A stretch of 64,000 nt of DNA from Fervidobacterium sp. (lineage in GTDB: Bacteria > Thermotogota > Thermotogae > Thermotogales > Fervidobacteriaceae), in contig JBMFNR010000002.1 in assembly GCA_049970055.1 (NCBI GenBank), forward strand, positions 52,406 through 116,405, written 5' to 3'. Both the position numbers and the translations under genes were made by a program. Shown here piece by piece: positions 18,665 through 29,164 of this stretch. Position 1 is the stretch's first letter. Each line of letters begins with the position of its first letter. The notes beneath the pieces are model-generated. The model saw only the letters and a program-made list of their open reading frames with translations. It made no database searches and was not told the DNA's origin.

Positions 18665-19960
18665 TCATGCTTTTGATTCCAATTTATTTGCATACCTTTC
18701 GGTGATTTTTATTGCGCAAAATGGTCCGCACATAGAACAACCATTTTCTTCATAGGGGCGATTTTTTAAGTAATTCCTCGCTCTTTCGGAATTTATCGCA
18801 ATTTCAAACATCTTATCCCAATCAAAATTTGCACGTGCCTGTGCCATTTTGTGTTCAAGTTTCAACGCTTTGGCATTCCCACGTGCCACATCCGCTATCG
18901 TTGCAGCAATTTTTGCTGCTATCACACCTTCTTTGACATCCTTTACTGTAGGCAGTGCAACATGTTCGGCTGGCGTCACGTAGCATAGAAAGTCACATCC
19001 GTAGTAACCTGCCAGTGCTCCACCAACGGCACTAACAATGTGATCGTAACCGACACCTCTATCTGTCGGCAACGGGCCAAGCAAAAATATGGGTGCTCCC
19101 TTACCAGCTTTTTTCATAAGTCTGACATTCATTTCTACTTCATTCAACGGAACATGCCCTGGACCTTCTAACATTACCTGTACACCTTTCTTCCATGCTC
19201 TCTCAACGAGTTCGCTCATCACAAAAAGTTCTTCGAGTTGCTGAGCGTCGGTCGCATCAACAACTGCACCAGGCCTCATTCCATCACCAAGGCTGAGTGT
19301 TATATCGTATTCGTGCGCAATATCAAGTATCTCATCAAAATGTGTGTAGAATGGATTTTCCTTATTATTCTTTATCATCCAACCAACGACTATCGAGCCT
19401 CCGCGACTTACTATTTTCAAAACTCTCTTACTATCACTTATCTTTTCCAAGTTTCTTTTAGTAATTCCAACGTGGATAGTCATAAAATCAATACCATCTT
19501 CGGCATGTGATCTAACCATGTCGATGAAGTCCTTTTCGGAGAAATCTACAACGTTCTTACCTGATCGATAAGAAAGAACAGCCGAGTCGTATATGGGAAC
19601 TGACCCAACTGGGATCGGACTTCTTTCGACTATTATCTTTCGCATTTCTTTTAAGTTACCCCATGTGGAGAGTACCATAACCGCATCCGAACCGGCTTCT
19701 ACAGCAATTTGTAATTTTTGAAGTTCTTCCTCAAGGTTACTGTAACCAAAAGACGTACCTATATTCGCATTAACTTTCACTGAAAAACCTTCTCCAACTA
19801 TCATGGGCTTTTCAATTTTATGCAATTTGTTCTTTGGAAGTACCGCTTTACCACTTGCCAATCTATCAAGTACTATACTTTCTGGAATCTCTTCGAACTT
19901 TGTACACATTCTCATTTCATCGGAAATTACCCCCTGCCTTGCAAGTTCCATCTGTGTCAT
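18665..19960 (-). CDS. thiC: Phosphomethylpyrimidine synthase
   Basis: [33 protein letters not shown] and CSMCG..C motifs. Confidence 0.96.
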   Translation of the reverse strand: MTQMELARQGVISDEMRMCTKFEEIPESIVLDRLASGKAVLPKNKLHKIEKPMIVGEGFSVKVNANIGTSFGYSNLEEELQKLQIAVEAGSDAVMVLSTWGNLKEMRKIIVERSPIPVGSVPIYDSAVLSYRSGKNVVDFSEKDFIDMVRSHAEDGIDFMTIHVGITKRNLEKISDSKRVLKIVSRGGSIVVGWMIKNNKENPFYTHFDEILDIAHEYDITLSLGDGMRPGAVVDATDAQQLEELFVMSELVERAWKKGVQVMLEGPGHVPLNEVEMNVRLMKKAGKGAPIFLLGPLPTDRGVGYDHIVSAVGGALAGYYGCDFLCYVTPAEHVALPTVKDVKEGVIAAKIAATIADVARGNAKALKLEHKMAQARANFDWDKMFEIAINSERARNYLKNRPYEENGCSMCGPFCAIKITERYANKLESKA

Positions 19961-20784
19961 ACTTTGACTTCCCCCTTCACCGATGATACACCCGTGCGCT
20001 TGAGTTCTTCCTCAATCAACTGGGCAGCACGCAGACCTGATAATATCATTCCACCAAAGATCGGACCCATACGTGGTCCTCCTCCTACACTCACAGCAGC
20101 CATACCCATGACGTACAGCCCCGGGTAAATTTCTTTCGTATTATCAACAACAAACTTCTCGCCATTTTCTGCGTCCATGGGGAATTCGTACTCGACGACC
20201 CCACAACTGCACAAGTTTTCACTTGAACCTTTTACAGAATTTAGAATGCCTCTTTTTGAAAGTAATCGTACAAGATTCGCTGGGTGACCCGTACCGTCAA
20301 CCGTAAATTTGGAAAGAACTGTTATTGGATCAACATGTAATTTTTCCCTTATTGTCGGCGTCCAATTTATCACCACTCCTGAGATGCGCTCGCTGTACAT
20401 GACCAAGTCCTCAACGAAGACGTTATTAAAGACATAAGCTCCACACTTTGTGGCGTTGTAAAGCATTGCGGAGGCAAAGTGAACAGAATCAACAACGATG
20501 AACTCACCTTCTTTTTTGTAACTGATCCCATTCTCGTCGAGATACGAACTTAACTGGCTTTCTAAAAGCAGCTCGTTGAACATCATTCCTCCACCCCAAA
20601 TACCACCACCTGGCTCGTTCTTAGCCTCAAATACAGCAACTTTCCTCCCATTCTTTGCAAGTTCACATGCAAGTGCCAGGGCACTTGGCCCGCATCCGGC
20701 AATAGCAACGTCTACATTTAGTGCATCACTGAGCTTTTCGAAAAAGTGTTTCACGATAAGTTGTGAAATTTTCAAATCTTTCAT
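19957..20784 (-). CDS. thi4: Thi4-type thiazole (ADP-thiazole) synthase, His (non-Cys) type
   Basis: [27 protein letters not shown] and [11 protein letters not shown] motifs. Confidence 0.93.
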   Translation of the reverse strand: MKDLKISQLIVKHFFEKLSDALNVDVAIAGCGPSALALACELAKNGRKVAVFEAKNEPGGGIWGGGMMFNELLLESQLSSYLDENGISYKKEGEFIVVDSVHFASAMLYNATKCGAYVFNNVFVEDLVMYSERISGVVINWTPTIREKLHVDPITVLSKFTVDGTGHPANLVRLLSKRGILNSVKGSSENLCSCGVVEYEFPMDAENGEKFVVDNTKEIYPGLYVMGMAAVSVGGGPRMGPIFGGMILSGLRAAQLIEEELKRTGVSSVKGEVKV

Positions 20785-20820
20785 ACCTTTCTCTCCTTTC
20801 TTTTCTCAAGTTCTACCAAA

Positions 20821-20856
20821 AAAGAAAAATCCCTCCGAATTTTTTCGGAGGGATTC
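20821..20856 (-). terminator. TPP riboswitch terminator
   Basis: AATCCCTCCGAA-N4-TTCGGAGGGATT followed by a U-rich tract on the minus strand. Confidence 0.85.
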
Positions 20857-20903
20857 AACTGAATTTGTATTTATCTTCCTTCTTTGTTTTTTCTTTCCAG
20901 CCT

Positions 20904-21003
20904 TTCCCGAATCCCTCCGCCGGTATTACCCGGATCAGGTTCGTAGGGTCGAGGGATTGCCTCCCTCCTCTCAGCCCCGCAGTATGGAGCTCCCCTTCGG
21001 GAA
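20904..21003 (-). ncRNA. TPP riboswitch
   Basis: Minus strand reads GGGGAGC..GGCTGAGAG..GACCCTACGAACCTGATCCGGGTAATACCGGCGGAGGGA; P1 TTCCCGA/TCGGGAA. Confidence 0.95.
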
Positions 21004-21033
21004 TGTATTCAATTTTTAAATACTTTCAATTAA

Positions 21034-21062
21034 ATTTTAATTGTAAGTTTGAAATTTGTCAA
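21034..21062 (-). promoter_or_regulatory. Promoter of the thi leader
   Basis: TTGACA-N17-TAAAAT on the minus strand. Confidence 0.7.
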
Positions 21063-21123
21063 TTCTCTAAATTCTTGGAAATTCTTCTATTGTTGGCTGA
21101 TTTGGCTAAAATTCAGTTAAAAA

Positions 21124-21456
21124 TTATCCCAAAGCTCCTAATTTTCTTCCGCCGATGATGTGAAAGTGTATGTGGTGAACCTCTTGACCAGCATCTTTTC
21201 CGTTGTTTTGTACGATTCGGTAACTTTCTAAGTTCTGATCTTTAGTAACTTTTTTTATTATCTCAAATAGTTTCCACATGTTTCTAGAATCTTCTTCAGA
21301 TAGCTCGTTAATTGTAGCTACGTGCTTTTTGTATATGGCAAGCAAATGAACGGGTGCAACGGGCCTGATATCTTTGATCACGATGAAGTCATTGTCTTCG
21401 TAAACTCTTTCAGAAGGTATTTGTCCATCGATAATTTTACAAAAAACGCAATCCAT
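21124..21456 (-). CDS. Histidine triad (HIT/Hint) nucleotide-binding protein
   Basis: DCVFCKI, DIRP and AGQEVHHIHFHIIGG motifs. Confidence 0.93.
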   Translation of the reverse strand: MDCVFCKIIDGQIPSERVYEDNDFIVIKDIRPVAPVHLLAIYKKHVATINELSEEDSRNMWKLFEIIKKVTKDQNLESYRIVQNNGKDAGQEVHHIHFHIIGGRKLGALG

Positions 21457-21482
21457 GCCAATCCCCTTCCTTCTTAAGTATC

Positions 21483-22778
21483 TTACTTTGAAATCAATTT
21501 CTTTATCTTGCTATCAAGTTGGTAGTATTTACTACTTTGAGTGTTAAGCAATGAGATATCTGTTTTGAAAAAATATCCTACCGAGTAGTCGGTTAAGTTA
21601 ACTTCGTAAATAAAGCTATTTTTCAGCTTCACAACCACACCTCTCGCTGAATTTAGTTTTTCTATCTTTGAATCTACCGCGTTCATCTCTGAAAGGTCAG
21701 AGATAATTGTTGTGTTCGCTTGCGTATTGTACGAAATGATACGAGAAAGTAATGAGGCATTGAAAGTGTTCAGTGAGGAATTTATTATGTACACCTTTCC
21801 ACAATTTTGGATGTTGAGGTTTTCTATTTTAGAGTTGATGATGTATGTTGCGTAAGCCCCGTTTATTGTAGCGCTCTGAAGTTGTGAATTTCGTATGACA
21901 ACAAAATTTGAAAACGACAGGTTAACACCACTAACGAAAGCATTATCGAGAAATATCAGTGCCCCCACGTCTGAGTTTATGATGGTGTTATACGCCTGAC
22001 CGCTAAGGTAAAGTGTTCCAAATTGTGAGACATTAAAAGTACCGCTTTCGAGTACCGTTATAGGACCTGTTGATACGAATGCGCCCTTGATGGTAAGTAC
22101 CGAATTAAGGGCGTTTAATAGTGTTACTCCCTCTTCCAATACTAAACCTGCCTTTTCCGTTAGGATCACTTTACCAAGTAATCTGTATGGAGATTTCGAT
22201 GAGAGAAGAAATTTTTTACCAGTTATATTGGTAATTGGGGTTTGAGAATCCAGTATATCGAGTTTCTCAAGTAATGGCTGTATAAAAATAACATCAGATA
22301 CATTGCCAAATTCGTCTTCAAAAAGAGCAATTAGCGGATTTTCGGATATTTTCACTTCCTGGCTTGAAGGCAAGTTGTTAAGTGTACGATTCACAGGATT
22401 TATGATTTTAGCAGGTCTGTCAAATGTATATACGTAAAGCGATGGTGCGATCTGTACAGGAACATTATCTGGTCGAGTTTTCACGTTAATTACGAAAGTT
22501 TTATCACCTATTTTTACCTTCCTTTCACCATCTTCGATGAGCATACCATCCAAGAATGTAAATGGATAAACTTTGTTATCAATCTTTATCGATAAGCTTT
22601 GCTTGTTGAGTTCAACCTTACCTATACCAAGTTTGTTTGGTATATTAGTCGGTATATTAGTATCCTCGGTGGAAAAACCCACCGAGGATATTAAAGTAAG
22701 TAATGTAAATACCAATATAAACAAATTGTGTAAGCTGAGCGAATTATTTGCAAGTTTCAAAATGATTTCCTTTTTCAT
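21483..22778 (-). CDS. Exported hypothetical protein, likely beta-helix/solenoid C-terminus
   Basis: N-terminal hydrophobic segment; C-terminal half with repeated I/V-x-N-S-x-I/L units. Confidence 0.65.
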   Translation of the reverse strand: MKKEIILKLANNSLSLHNLFILVFTLLTLISSVGFSTEDTNIPTNIPNKLGIGKVELNKQSLSIKIDNKVYPFTFLDGMLIEDGERKVKIGDKTFVINVKTRPDNVPVQIAPSLYVYTFDRPAKIINPVNRTLNNLPSSQEVKISENPLIALFEDEFGNVSDVIFIQPLLEKLDILDSQTPITNITGKKFLLSSKSPYRLLGKVILTEKAGLVLEEGVTLLNALNSVLTIKGAFVSTGPITVLESGTFNVSQFGTLYLSGQAYNTIINSDVGALIFLDNAFVSGVNLSFSNFVVIRNSQLQSATINGAYATYIINSKIENLNIQNCGKVYIINSSLNTFNASLLSRIISYNTQANTTIISDLSEMNAVDSKIEKLNSARGVVVKLKNSFIYEVNLTDYSVGYFFKTDISLLNTQSSKYYQLDSKIKKLISK

Positions 22779-22782
22779 GTTT

Positions 22783-25521
22783 TTATTTTCTTTCTCCCCT
22801 CAGCACCGCACTGCACCTTGGACAAGTATCCGGGTATTGATCATCTTTTCCCGTGTTTGGGTGGTACTTCCAGCACCTTTGACATTTTTGCCCTTCAGCA
22901 CGCTCTACAATAACGTTCACGAACTGTCCATTCAAGCCCGATGCGGATTCTACTACGCTAACTTTCGATACTATGAAGAACTCTTCGAGTATGTTAGAAT
23001 ACTTCTCAAGTAGCAACTTTATTTCACCGTTCTTGGGTTCAATTTTTACATGAGCATCCAGAGAATGGCCAATCACATCCAATGAACGAGCGTTTTCAAG
23101 AGCTTTGAGCACATCATCTCTTACTAATAATAATTGTTGGAATTCCTCAAGTAAGGCTTCATCTACAAATTCCTTTCTTACCTGTGGCCAGTATTCTAAG
23201 TGCACACTTTCGTACTTTTTCATCGGACTTTCCTGGTATGCTTCTTCCGCTGTGAATGGCATTATTGGTGCAAGGATTTTTATAAGTGCTTCAAGTATGT
23301 AGTAAAGCACCGTTTGGGCAGATCTTCGGTATAGTGAATCCTTTGCTTCAACATATAATCTGTCTTTGAGTATATCAAGGTAGATCGAGCTTAGTTCTGT
23401 CGTGCAGTATTTTACCGTGGCGTTGTAAACTTTTGAGTATTCAAATTCTTCATAGTATTGTGTCGTTTGCTCGATGAACTTTTGCAATCTTCCGAGTGCC
23501 CATTTATCGAGTGGTAACAATTTTTCGTATGGCAAAATATCATTTTCTGTAAAATCATATAGGTTGCTTAGTAAGTACCTGAGTGTATTTCTGAGTTTTC
23601 TGTAGACTTCTATTTGTTGTTCAATGATATTCTTACCTGCCCTTATATTATCGAAAAAGTCGGTACTTGCAACCCACAATCTCAGTATATCCGCACCGTA
23701 TTTGTTGACTATATCCATTGGATCAATAACATTTCCAAGTGATTTACTCATCTTTCTACCTTGTTCATCCTTTATAAATCCATGCGTGACCACTGCTTTA
23801 AATGGAGCCATACCGGTTTTTGCCGTTGAGAGGAATATAGAACTTTGGAACCAACCTCTGTGTTGGTCATCGCCCTCAAGGTAGAGATCAACTGGGAATT
23901 TTTCACCTTTCGACCTTATCACCGCTTCCCATGAACAACCAGAATCAATCCAAACGTCGAGTGTATCGTATGTTTTCTCAAAATCTTTACCATTGCACTT
24001 TGGACATGAGAAATCGGAGGGTACAAGTTCTTCGACATTTAGCTCAAACCACGCATCTGTACCTTTCTCTTTAACAATGCTTGCAAAATGTTCAATAACC
24101 CTCGAGCTTAATATGACCTCCCCACAGGACTTACACTTGATCGCGGTAATAGGTACTCCCCAAACTCTTTGCCTTGAAATGGTCCAATCCGGTCTTTCCT
24201 GAACCATTGCAGTTATTCTATTTTCGCCCCAAGCAGGATACCATTTAACTTTCTTGATTTGTTCAAGCACTTTGCCTCTGAGATTGTTTTTGTCAACCGA
24301 TATGAACCACTGCGGCGTTGCTCTGAACATCACAGGTCCTTTACAGCGCCAGCAGTGTGGATAGCTATGACTTATTTTTCCATACTTTACCAACATTCCC
24401 GATTTTTGCAAATCTTCAACGATTACTTTATTTGCATCCCAAATCTTCATTCCTTCGTATCTTCCAGCCTCTTTTGTGAAAAATCCTTCATCATCCACTG
24501 GTGAAAGTATCGGTAAATTGTACTTTAAACCCGTTTGATAGTCTTCCTCACCGTGACCAGGTGCAGTGTGAACACAGCCGGTACCATCTTCGAGTGTAAC
24601 ATAATCGGCAAGTACAATTAACGATGTCCTATCGTATAACGGATGTTTTGTTAATTTACCTTCAAGTGTCTTACCAAGGAATTTCTCGACCGCTTCAAAT
24701 GTGATACCCGTCTCGGCAACAAATTTCTGTAGCAGCCCTTCAGCAACGATCCAATATTCATCTCCAACTTTTATCTTTATATAATCGTATTCCGGGTGGA
24801 GTGCGATAGCAACGTTAGCCGGAATAGTCCAAGGTGTCGTTGTCCATATGACAACGTACGTATCTGGTGCATCTACCATTTGGAATTTCACATAGATTGA
24901 CGGCGATTCGTGATCATGGTACTCAATCTCCGCTTCGGCGAGAGCGGTCTTACAAGTTGGACACCAGTAAACTGGCTTATTTCCCCTGTAAACATTCCCG
25001 TCTTCCACCAATGTTTTAAAAACATCCAATATATGGTATTCATACTCTGGCGTTAGGGTTATATAAGGATTCTCCCAATCACCTTTTACTCCAAGTCTTT
25101 TGAATTGTTCCCTTTGAATGTCAACATATTTTAGTGCAAATTCTTTACATAACCTTCTGATATCAAGAGGTGTCTTCTTTTTAGCTTCCTCACCAAGAGT
25201 TGTAGTAACTCTATGTTCGATGGGAAGCCCATGGGTGTCCCAGCCCGGTACGTAAGGGACTTTGTATCCCTGCATCGTTTTGTACCTAATAACAAAATCT
25301 TTCAAGACCTTGTTCATAGCCGTTCCAAGGTGGATATCGCCATTTGCGTATGGTGGTCCATCGTGAAGTAAATAAGTAGGAGCATTTTCACGTGTCTCAA
25401 GTGTTTTTCTATAAATCTCTTTTTCTTCCCAATACTTAAGTATACCAGGTTCTTTTTGTACCAAATTTGCTTTCATCTGGAAGTTCGTCTGTGGCAGATT
25501 TAGTGTCTCTTTGTAGTCCAT
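22783..25521 (-). CDS. ileS: Isoleucyl-tRNA synthetase (type 1)
   Basis: [31 protein letters not shown] and C-terminal CQRC..CPRC zinc finger. Confidence 0.97.
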   Translation of the reverse strand: MDYKETLNLPQTNFQMKANLVQKEPGILKYWEEKEIYRKTLETRENAPTYLLHDGPPYANGDIHLGTAMNKVLKDFVIRYKTMQGYKVPYVPGWDTHGLPIEHRVTTTLGEEAKKKTPLDIRRLCKEFALKYVDIQREQFKRLGVKGDWENPYITLTPEYEYHILDVFKTLVEDGNVYRGNKPVYWCPTCKTALAEAEIEYHDHESPSIYVKFQMVDAPDTYVVIWTTTPWTIPANVAIALHPEYDYIKIKVGDEYWIVAEGLLQKFVAETGITFEAVEKFLGKTLEGKLTKHPLYDRTSLIVLADYVTLEDGTGCVHTAPGHGEEDYQTGLKYNLPILSPVDDEGFFTKEAGRYEGMKIWDANKVIVEDLQKSGMLVKYGKISHSYPHCWRCKGPVMFRATPQWFISVDKNNLRGKVLEQIKKVKWYPAWGENRITAMVQERPDWTISRQRVWGVPITAIKCKSCGEVILSSRVIEHFASIVKEKGTDAWFELNVEELVPSDFSCPKCNGKDFEKTYDTLDVWIDSGCSWEAVIRSKGEKFPVDLYLEGDDQHRGWFQSSIFLSTAKTGMAPFKAVVTHGFIKDEQGRKMSKSLGNVIDPMDIVNKYGADILRLWVASTDFFDNIRAGKNIIEQQIEVYRKLRNTLRYLLSNLYDFTENDILPYEKLLPLDKWALGRLQKFIEQTTQYYEEFEYSKVYNATVKYCTTELSSIYLDILKDRLYVEAKDSLYRRSAQTVLYYILEALIKILAPIMPFTAEEAYQESPMKKYESVHLEYWPQVRKEFVDEALLEEFQQLLLVRDDVLKALENARSLDVIGHSLDAHVKIEPKNGEIKLLLEKYSNILEEFFIVSKVSVVESASGLNGQFVNVIVERAEGQKCQRCWKYHPNTGKDDQYPDTCPRCSAVLRGERK

Positions 25522-25938
25522 TCAATGCACCTCCGTTTGAAATCTATTGAAATTAAAATAAAATCTAAATCCGGCAAAATATAAAAAATAAGCTTACTAA
25601 CTAAACCGGGTATTGAGTAACATCAGCAATATCGCCACTTTTGCAATCGATTATATACCAAATTATGTACCAAAATAAGTTTATTCGAAAATAACCCCGC
25701 CTACACCTTGATTTTGTTGATCAACATCGACAAGATGGAACTATTCAACCAGACTAATAATCAATTAGTTATCCTGCGGGACTATCTGCTTCTATGATAC
25801 CACACATTCGAACTTTGGAAAGACTTTTAGCTCGAAGATCAGAAGTTAGTATCACAAACCTCGAAACTTATGATTTTTTTCATTTTAATTGTGCACTGTT
25901 TAAATTTTAATTACACTATCTAATATAATCTAATATAT

Positions 25939-25965
25939 AAAAAGGGGTGGTGCCCACCCCTTTTT
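25939..25965. terminator. Intrinsic terminator downstream of the response regulator gene
   Basis: AAAAAGGGGTGG-tgc-CCACCCCTTTTT. Confidence 0.8.
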
Positions 25966-25986
25966 GTACTTGGTGTGGGCACTCCA

Positions 25987-26343
25987 TCACATGTTAATTA
26001 AGCGGCTTATTATTTCTTTTAATTCCGTAAGATCGGAAGATTTAACGACGTACGCATCAGCAGCCCAAGAAGCCATATCACTTTTGTAATGAGAGTAAGC
26101 GGTAAGCAAGACCAATTTCGCTTCTTTTCTTATCTCCCTCAACTTGCCTGCCAATTCCAGACCATTCATACCAGGCATTTCTATATCAATAGTCACAAGA
26201 TCGTACTGCTTTTCTTTGAACTTTTTCAAAGCTTCTTCGCCATTTTCGGCTTCATCTACATCGTAACCTGCATCCATGAGCTCCTCTGTTACGAGTAATC
26301 TCATGTTTGGTTCGTCTTCAACAACAAGGATTCTCTTAGGCAT
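25987..26343 (-). CDS. Single-domain response regulator (TrrA-like)
   Basis: REC domain only: VVEDE, DIEMPGMNG, LLTAYSHY, WAADAYVVKS. Confidence 0.9.
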   Translation of the reverse strand: MPKRILVVEDEPNMRLLVTEELMDAGYDVDEAENGEEALKKFKEKQYDLVTIDIEMPGMNGLELAGKLREIRKEAKLVLLTAYSHYKSDMASWAADAYVVKSSDLTELKEIISRLINM

Positions 26344-26406
26344 ACAATCTACCCCCTTTCTCGGGGATATTATACCATTTTCTTACGCTTTTTTTCAATA
26401 TTTATT

Positions 26407-28938
26407 TTATTTTGCCCTGTACATGACCATCGCGGATGTTGACTTCACCGTAATCTTCCCACCAACTTGGTAAAGTACATTCGTTCCCGCATTTTGTTTG
26501 TCAACAACAACATTCCATATACCTTCTGGAAGTGTGTATTCTTGGTCTTTCGTATCACCATTGTAGATCACGACGATTTCCTTCCATGGATCGTTTTCGT
26601 CTTTGATCATGAATGCTACCATTTTTCTTGTGCTTGGCAGGAAGGTTAATTTCTTCCTTATATCTTCTGCCGTTCTTTGTCTGAACGCAATGTGCGATTT
26701 TCTAATTTCGATGAGTCCCTTGTAGTAATTGAATACATCTATAAATTCGGACTTCCTGGCGTAATCCAATCCGTTAATCGAAATGGGGGCGTTGTACGAG
26801 TTTTCGTTGCCTTGTTTGGTCCTTGCAAAGTCCTGGCCTGCGTGTATGAACGGTATACCTTGCGATGTTAGTAATATTGCACCAGCGAGTTTTTGAGCAT
26901 CTTTCAACATTTCGGTTGTCCATTTCACGTTCGTATCCGCTTGAGCAGCTAAGTAATTTTTATCCCACAATGTGTGATTATCGTGGCACGCAACGTAATT
27001 TATTGTTTCTTCTGGGTCTTTTGTAAAACTCTTTATTACGTCATCATATTCAATGCTTCCTACAACCCCTCTTTTAACGGCTGTTTCTTTAGCAAGTGCT
27101 CCCATTAAGAATCCTTTGACTGTTGCGTTGAAAACAGATCCTCTCAAAGCATCTCTGAATTCGTCGTTAAATGCTGCGATGTGTGTTCCTCCAACGTCTG
27201 ATTTTCCAAATCTAACTGGTGCGCCCCAACCACCCCACGGTTCGCCGTACAAAATGATTGTGGGGTCTATAGCATGAAGTTGTTTTTCTGCTTCGATCAT
27301 CGTCTGTTTGTCCATTAGACCCATCTGGTCGAATCTGAAACCATCTACACGATATTCTAAAACCCACCATTTCAGTGTGTCTATAACGTACTTTCTGAGC
27401 ATGGGTCTTTCTGTTGCCATTACATTTCCGCATCCGCTTTCGTTTAGGTACGCACCTGTCTTATCGATACGATAAAAATAATATGGAACAGCTATGTCAA
27501 ATGGCGATAGCACACCTATTCCGAATGTGTGCGGGAAGACCACATCAAGAACAACTCTTATGCCATTTTCATGGAGTGCTTTTACCATCTGTTTTACTTC
27601 TCTAATTCTTACGTAAGGATCGATTGGATTTGTGGAGTATCTTCCTTCTGGAACTGTGAATAGGTATGGATCGTAGCCCCAGTTGTAACTTTTTTCAAAG
27701 TCTTTGTCTATTTCATCTCCTGTGTAGAAATCGAACATCGGTAAGATGTGTACATGTGTAACACCAAGCTCTACAAGGTGGTCAAGTCCCGTTGTGACAC
27801 CATTTGGCCCTCTCGTACCTTTTTCTGTTAAGCCTACGTACGTGGCCTTGTTTTTCACACCAGAGTTATCAAGCCCCGTCATATCCGCGATGTGAATTTC
27901 GTAAATAATCGCATCTTCAAGAGCTTTCATTGCGGGCCTTACGTCCTTATCCCAACCTGAAGGATTCGTTTTACTTAAATCTATAATTGCACTTTTTATT
28001 GAATTTTTCGTAACTGCTTTCGAGAAATAATCAACGCCTTCTCTGTATTCACCGTAACTGAAGTATCTAAATTTGTAGAACCAACCTTCCCAATCACCTT
28101 CCAAAAATACTTCCCACACACCGTTACCAATGTAGTTCATAGGTACCATTTTCGTTGGTTCTTTATCGTCCCAATTTTTGTAAAGTAACAAATCAACTGT
28201 TTTCGAAACAGGTGACCAAACTCGGATCGTTGTTCTCTGAGGTGTGTATTGGAATCCAAGAGGTCCATCGTAGTATATCTTGTCAAGGATCTCCATCATG
28301 ATAACTCTTGCAGGTTTGTAACCTTCAACTTCTACTTGCACATCTTTATTTACTTCGTCAAGCTTAATAGGTTCAGCTAAGAGAATTTTAACATGGTTTG
28401 TCTTTGAAATATCCGTCGGATTTGCTTTTTCAACCTTGGCAACTTTCTTTTCGATACCATCTACTGTAACTTTTGCACTAACTTTTGTTGTGTCCACTTG
28501 CCCGGTAAGGTATGCTTCTATTGTGTTTTGTGATCTTGCCTGTGCAAAGAGTACTCTTGGACTTGTGTCTGGCTTTGACGTGTAAATCTGCTCGATACCT
28601 TCCAACAGCCACACCTCCGCTTTTCCATCTTTGATTGTAATAAATCTATCCATGGCAACATCTTTTTGTTGCCATTCGTTTAATCTAACAATAATTCCCA
28701 CTTTTGTCAAAGTCTCATCGAACTTCACCCTTGCCACGACACCATAATCGTCTCTTTCTGTGAACTGATAAGCAGCACCGTCTTTTGAAATAGGCTCAAC
28801 CCACCAGATCCATAAGTTCCAGCCATCGTAATTTCCATCCCAACGATGGTAGTGAATAATAAGCTCGGTACCAGCAAATGAGAAAACAAAGATTAGCAAA
28901 ATAGATAAAACACTGATCTTTCTTAGCATACTTATCAT
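26407..28938 (-). CDS. pulA: Type I pullulanase (GH13 with N-terminal CBM41), secreted
   Basis: Signal peptide; HYHR..WNLWIW (CBM41); [20 protein letters not shown] and HDN motifs. Confidence 0.94.
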   Translation of the reverse strand: MISMLRKISVLSILLIFVFSFAGTELIIHYHRWDGNYDGWNLWIWWVEPISKDGAAYQFTERDDYGVVARVKFDETLTKVGIIVRLNEWQQKDVAMDRFITIKDGKAEVWLLEGIEQIYTSKPDTSPRVLFAQARSQNTIEAYLTGQVDTTKVSAKVTVDGIEKKVAKVEKANPTDISKTNHVKILLAEPIKLDEVNKDVQVEVEGYKPARVIMMEILDKIYYDGPLGFQYTPQRTTIRVWSPVSKTVDLLLYKNWDDKEPTKMVPMNYIGNGVWEVFLEGDWEGWFYKFRYFSYGEYREGVDYFSKAVTKNSIKSAIIDLSKTNPSGWDKDVRPAMKALEDAIIYEIHIADMTGLDNSGVKNKATYVGLTEKGTRGPNGVTTGLDHLVELGVTHVHILPMFDFYTGDEIDKDFEKSYNWGYDPYLFTVPEGRYSTNPIDPYVRIREVKQMVKALHENGIRVVLDVVFPHTFGIGVLSPFDIAVPYYFYRIDKTGAYLNESGCGNVMATERPMLRKYVIDTLKWWVLEYRVDGFRFDQMGLMDKQTMIEAEKQLHAIDPTIILYGEPWGGWGAPVRFGKSDVGGTHIAAFNDEFRDALRGSVFNATVKGFLMGALAKETAVKRGVVGSIEYDDVIKSFTKDPEETINYVACHDNHTLWDKNYLAAQADTNVKWTTEMLKDAQKLAGAILLTSQGIPFIHAGQDFARTKQGNENSYNAPISINGLDYARKSEFIDVFNYYKGLIEIRKSHIAFRQRTAEDIRKKLTFLPSTRKMVAFMIKDENDPWKEIVVIYNGDTKDQEYTLPEGIWNVVVDKQNAGTNVLYQVGGKITVKSTSAMVMYRAK

Positions 28939-29164
28939 AAAAAAACACCTCCTTAGCGATTATGGTTTTTGAATTCAAACCTTAGGTTTATTATAACCCT
29001 TTTACAGTAATTTTGCACATAATTTTGGAAATGTTTCCATAAAAAATTCGTGTACGCTCGTTTTCTTAAAAAATCTTAACATATCGAAATATTTCTCAAA
29101 AGTCCAGATAGGAAAATAATGTTGGCTTTTGAGGGAAACTATCCCAAACTCTGGAGGTGAGCCT

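Noticed and set aside
20576..21158. Plus-strand ORFs 20576-21019 and 20763-21158
   Set aside because: Antisense to thi4 and the TPP riboswitch; no coding features
25522..25938. T-box riboswitch upstream of ileS
   Set aside because: Only a weak GTGGTATC resemblance; no GGTGGNACCGCG box, specifier stem or following terminator
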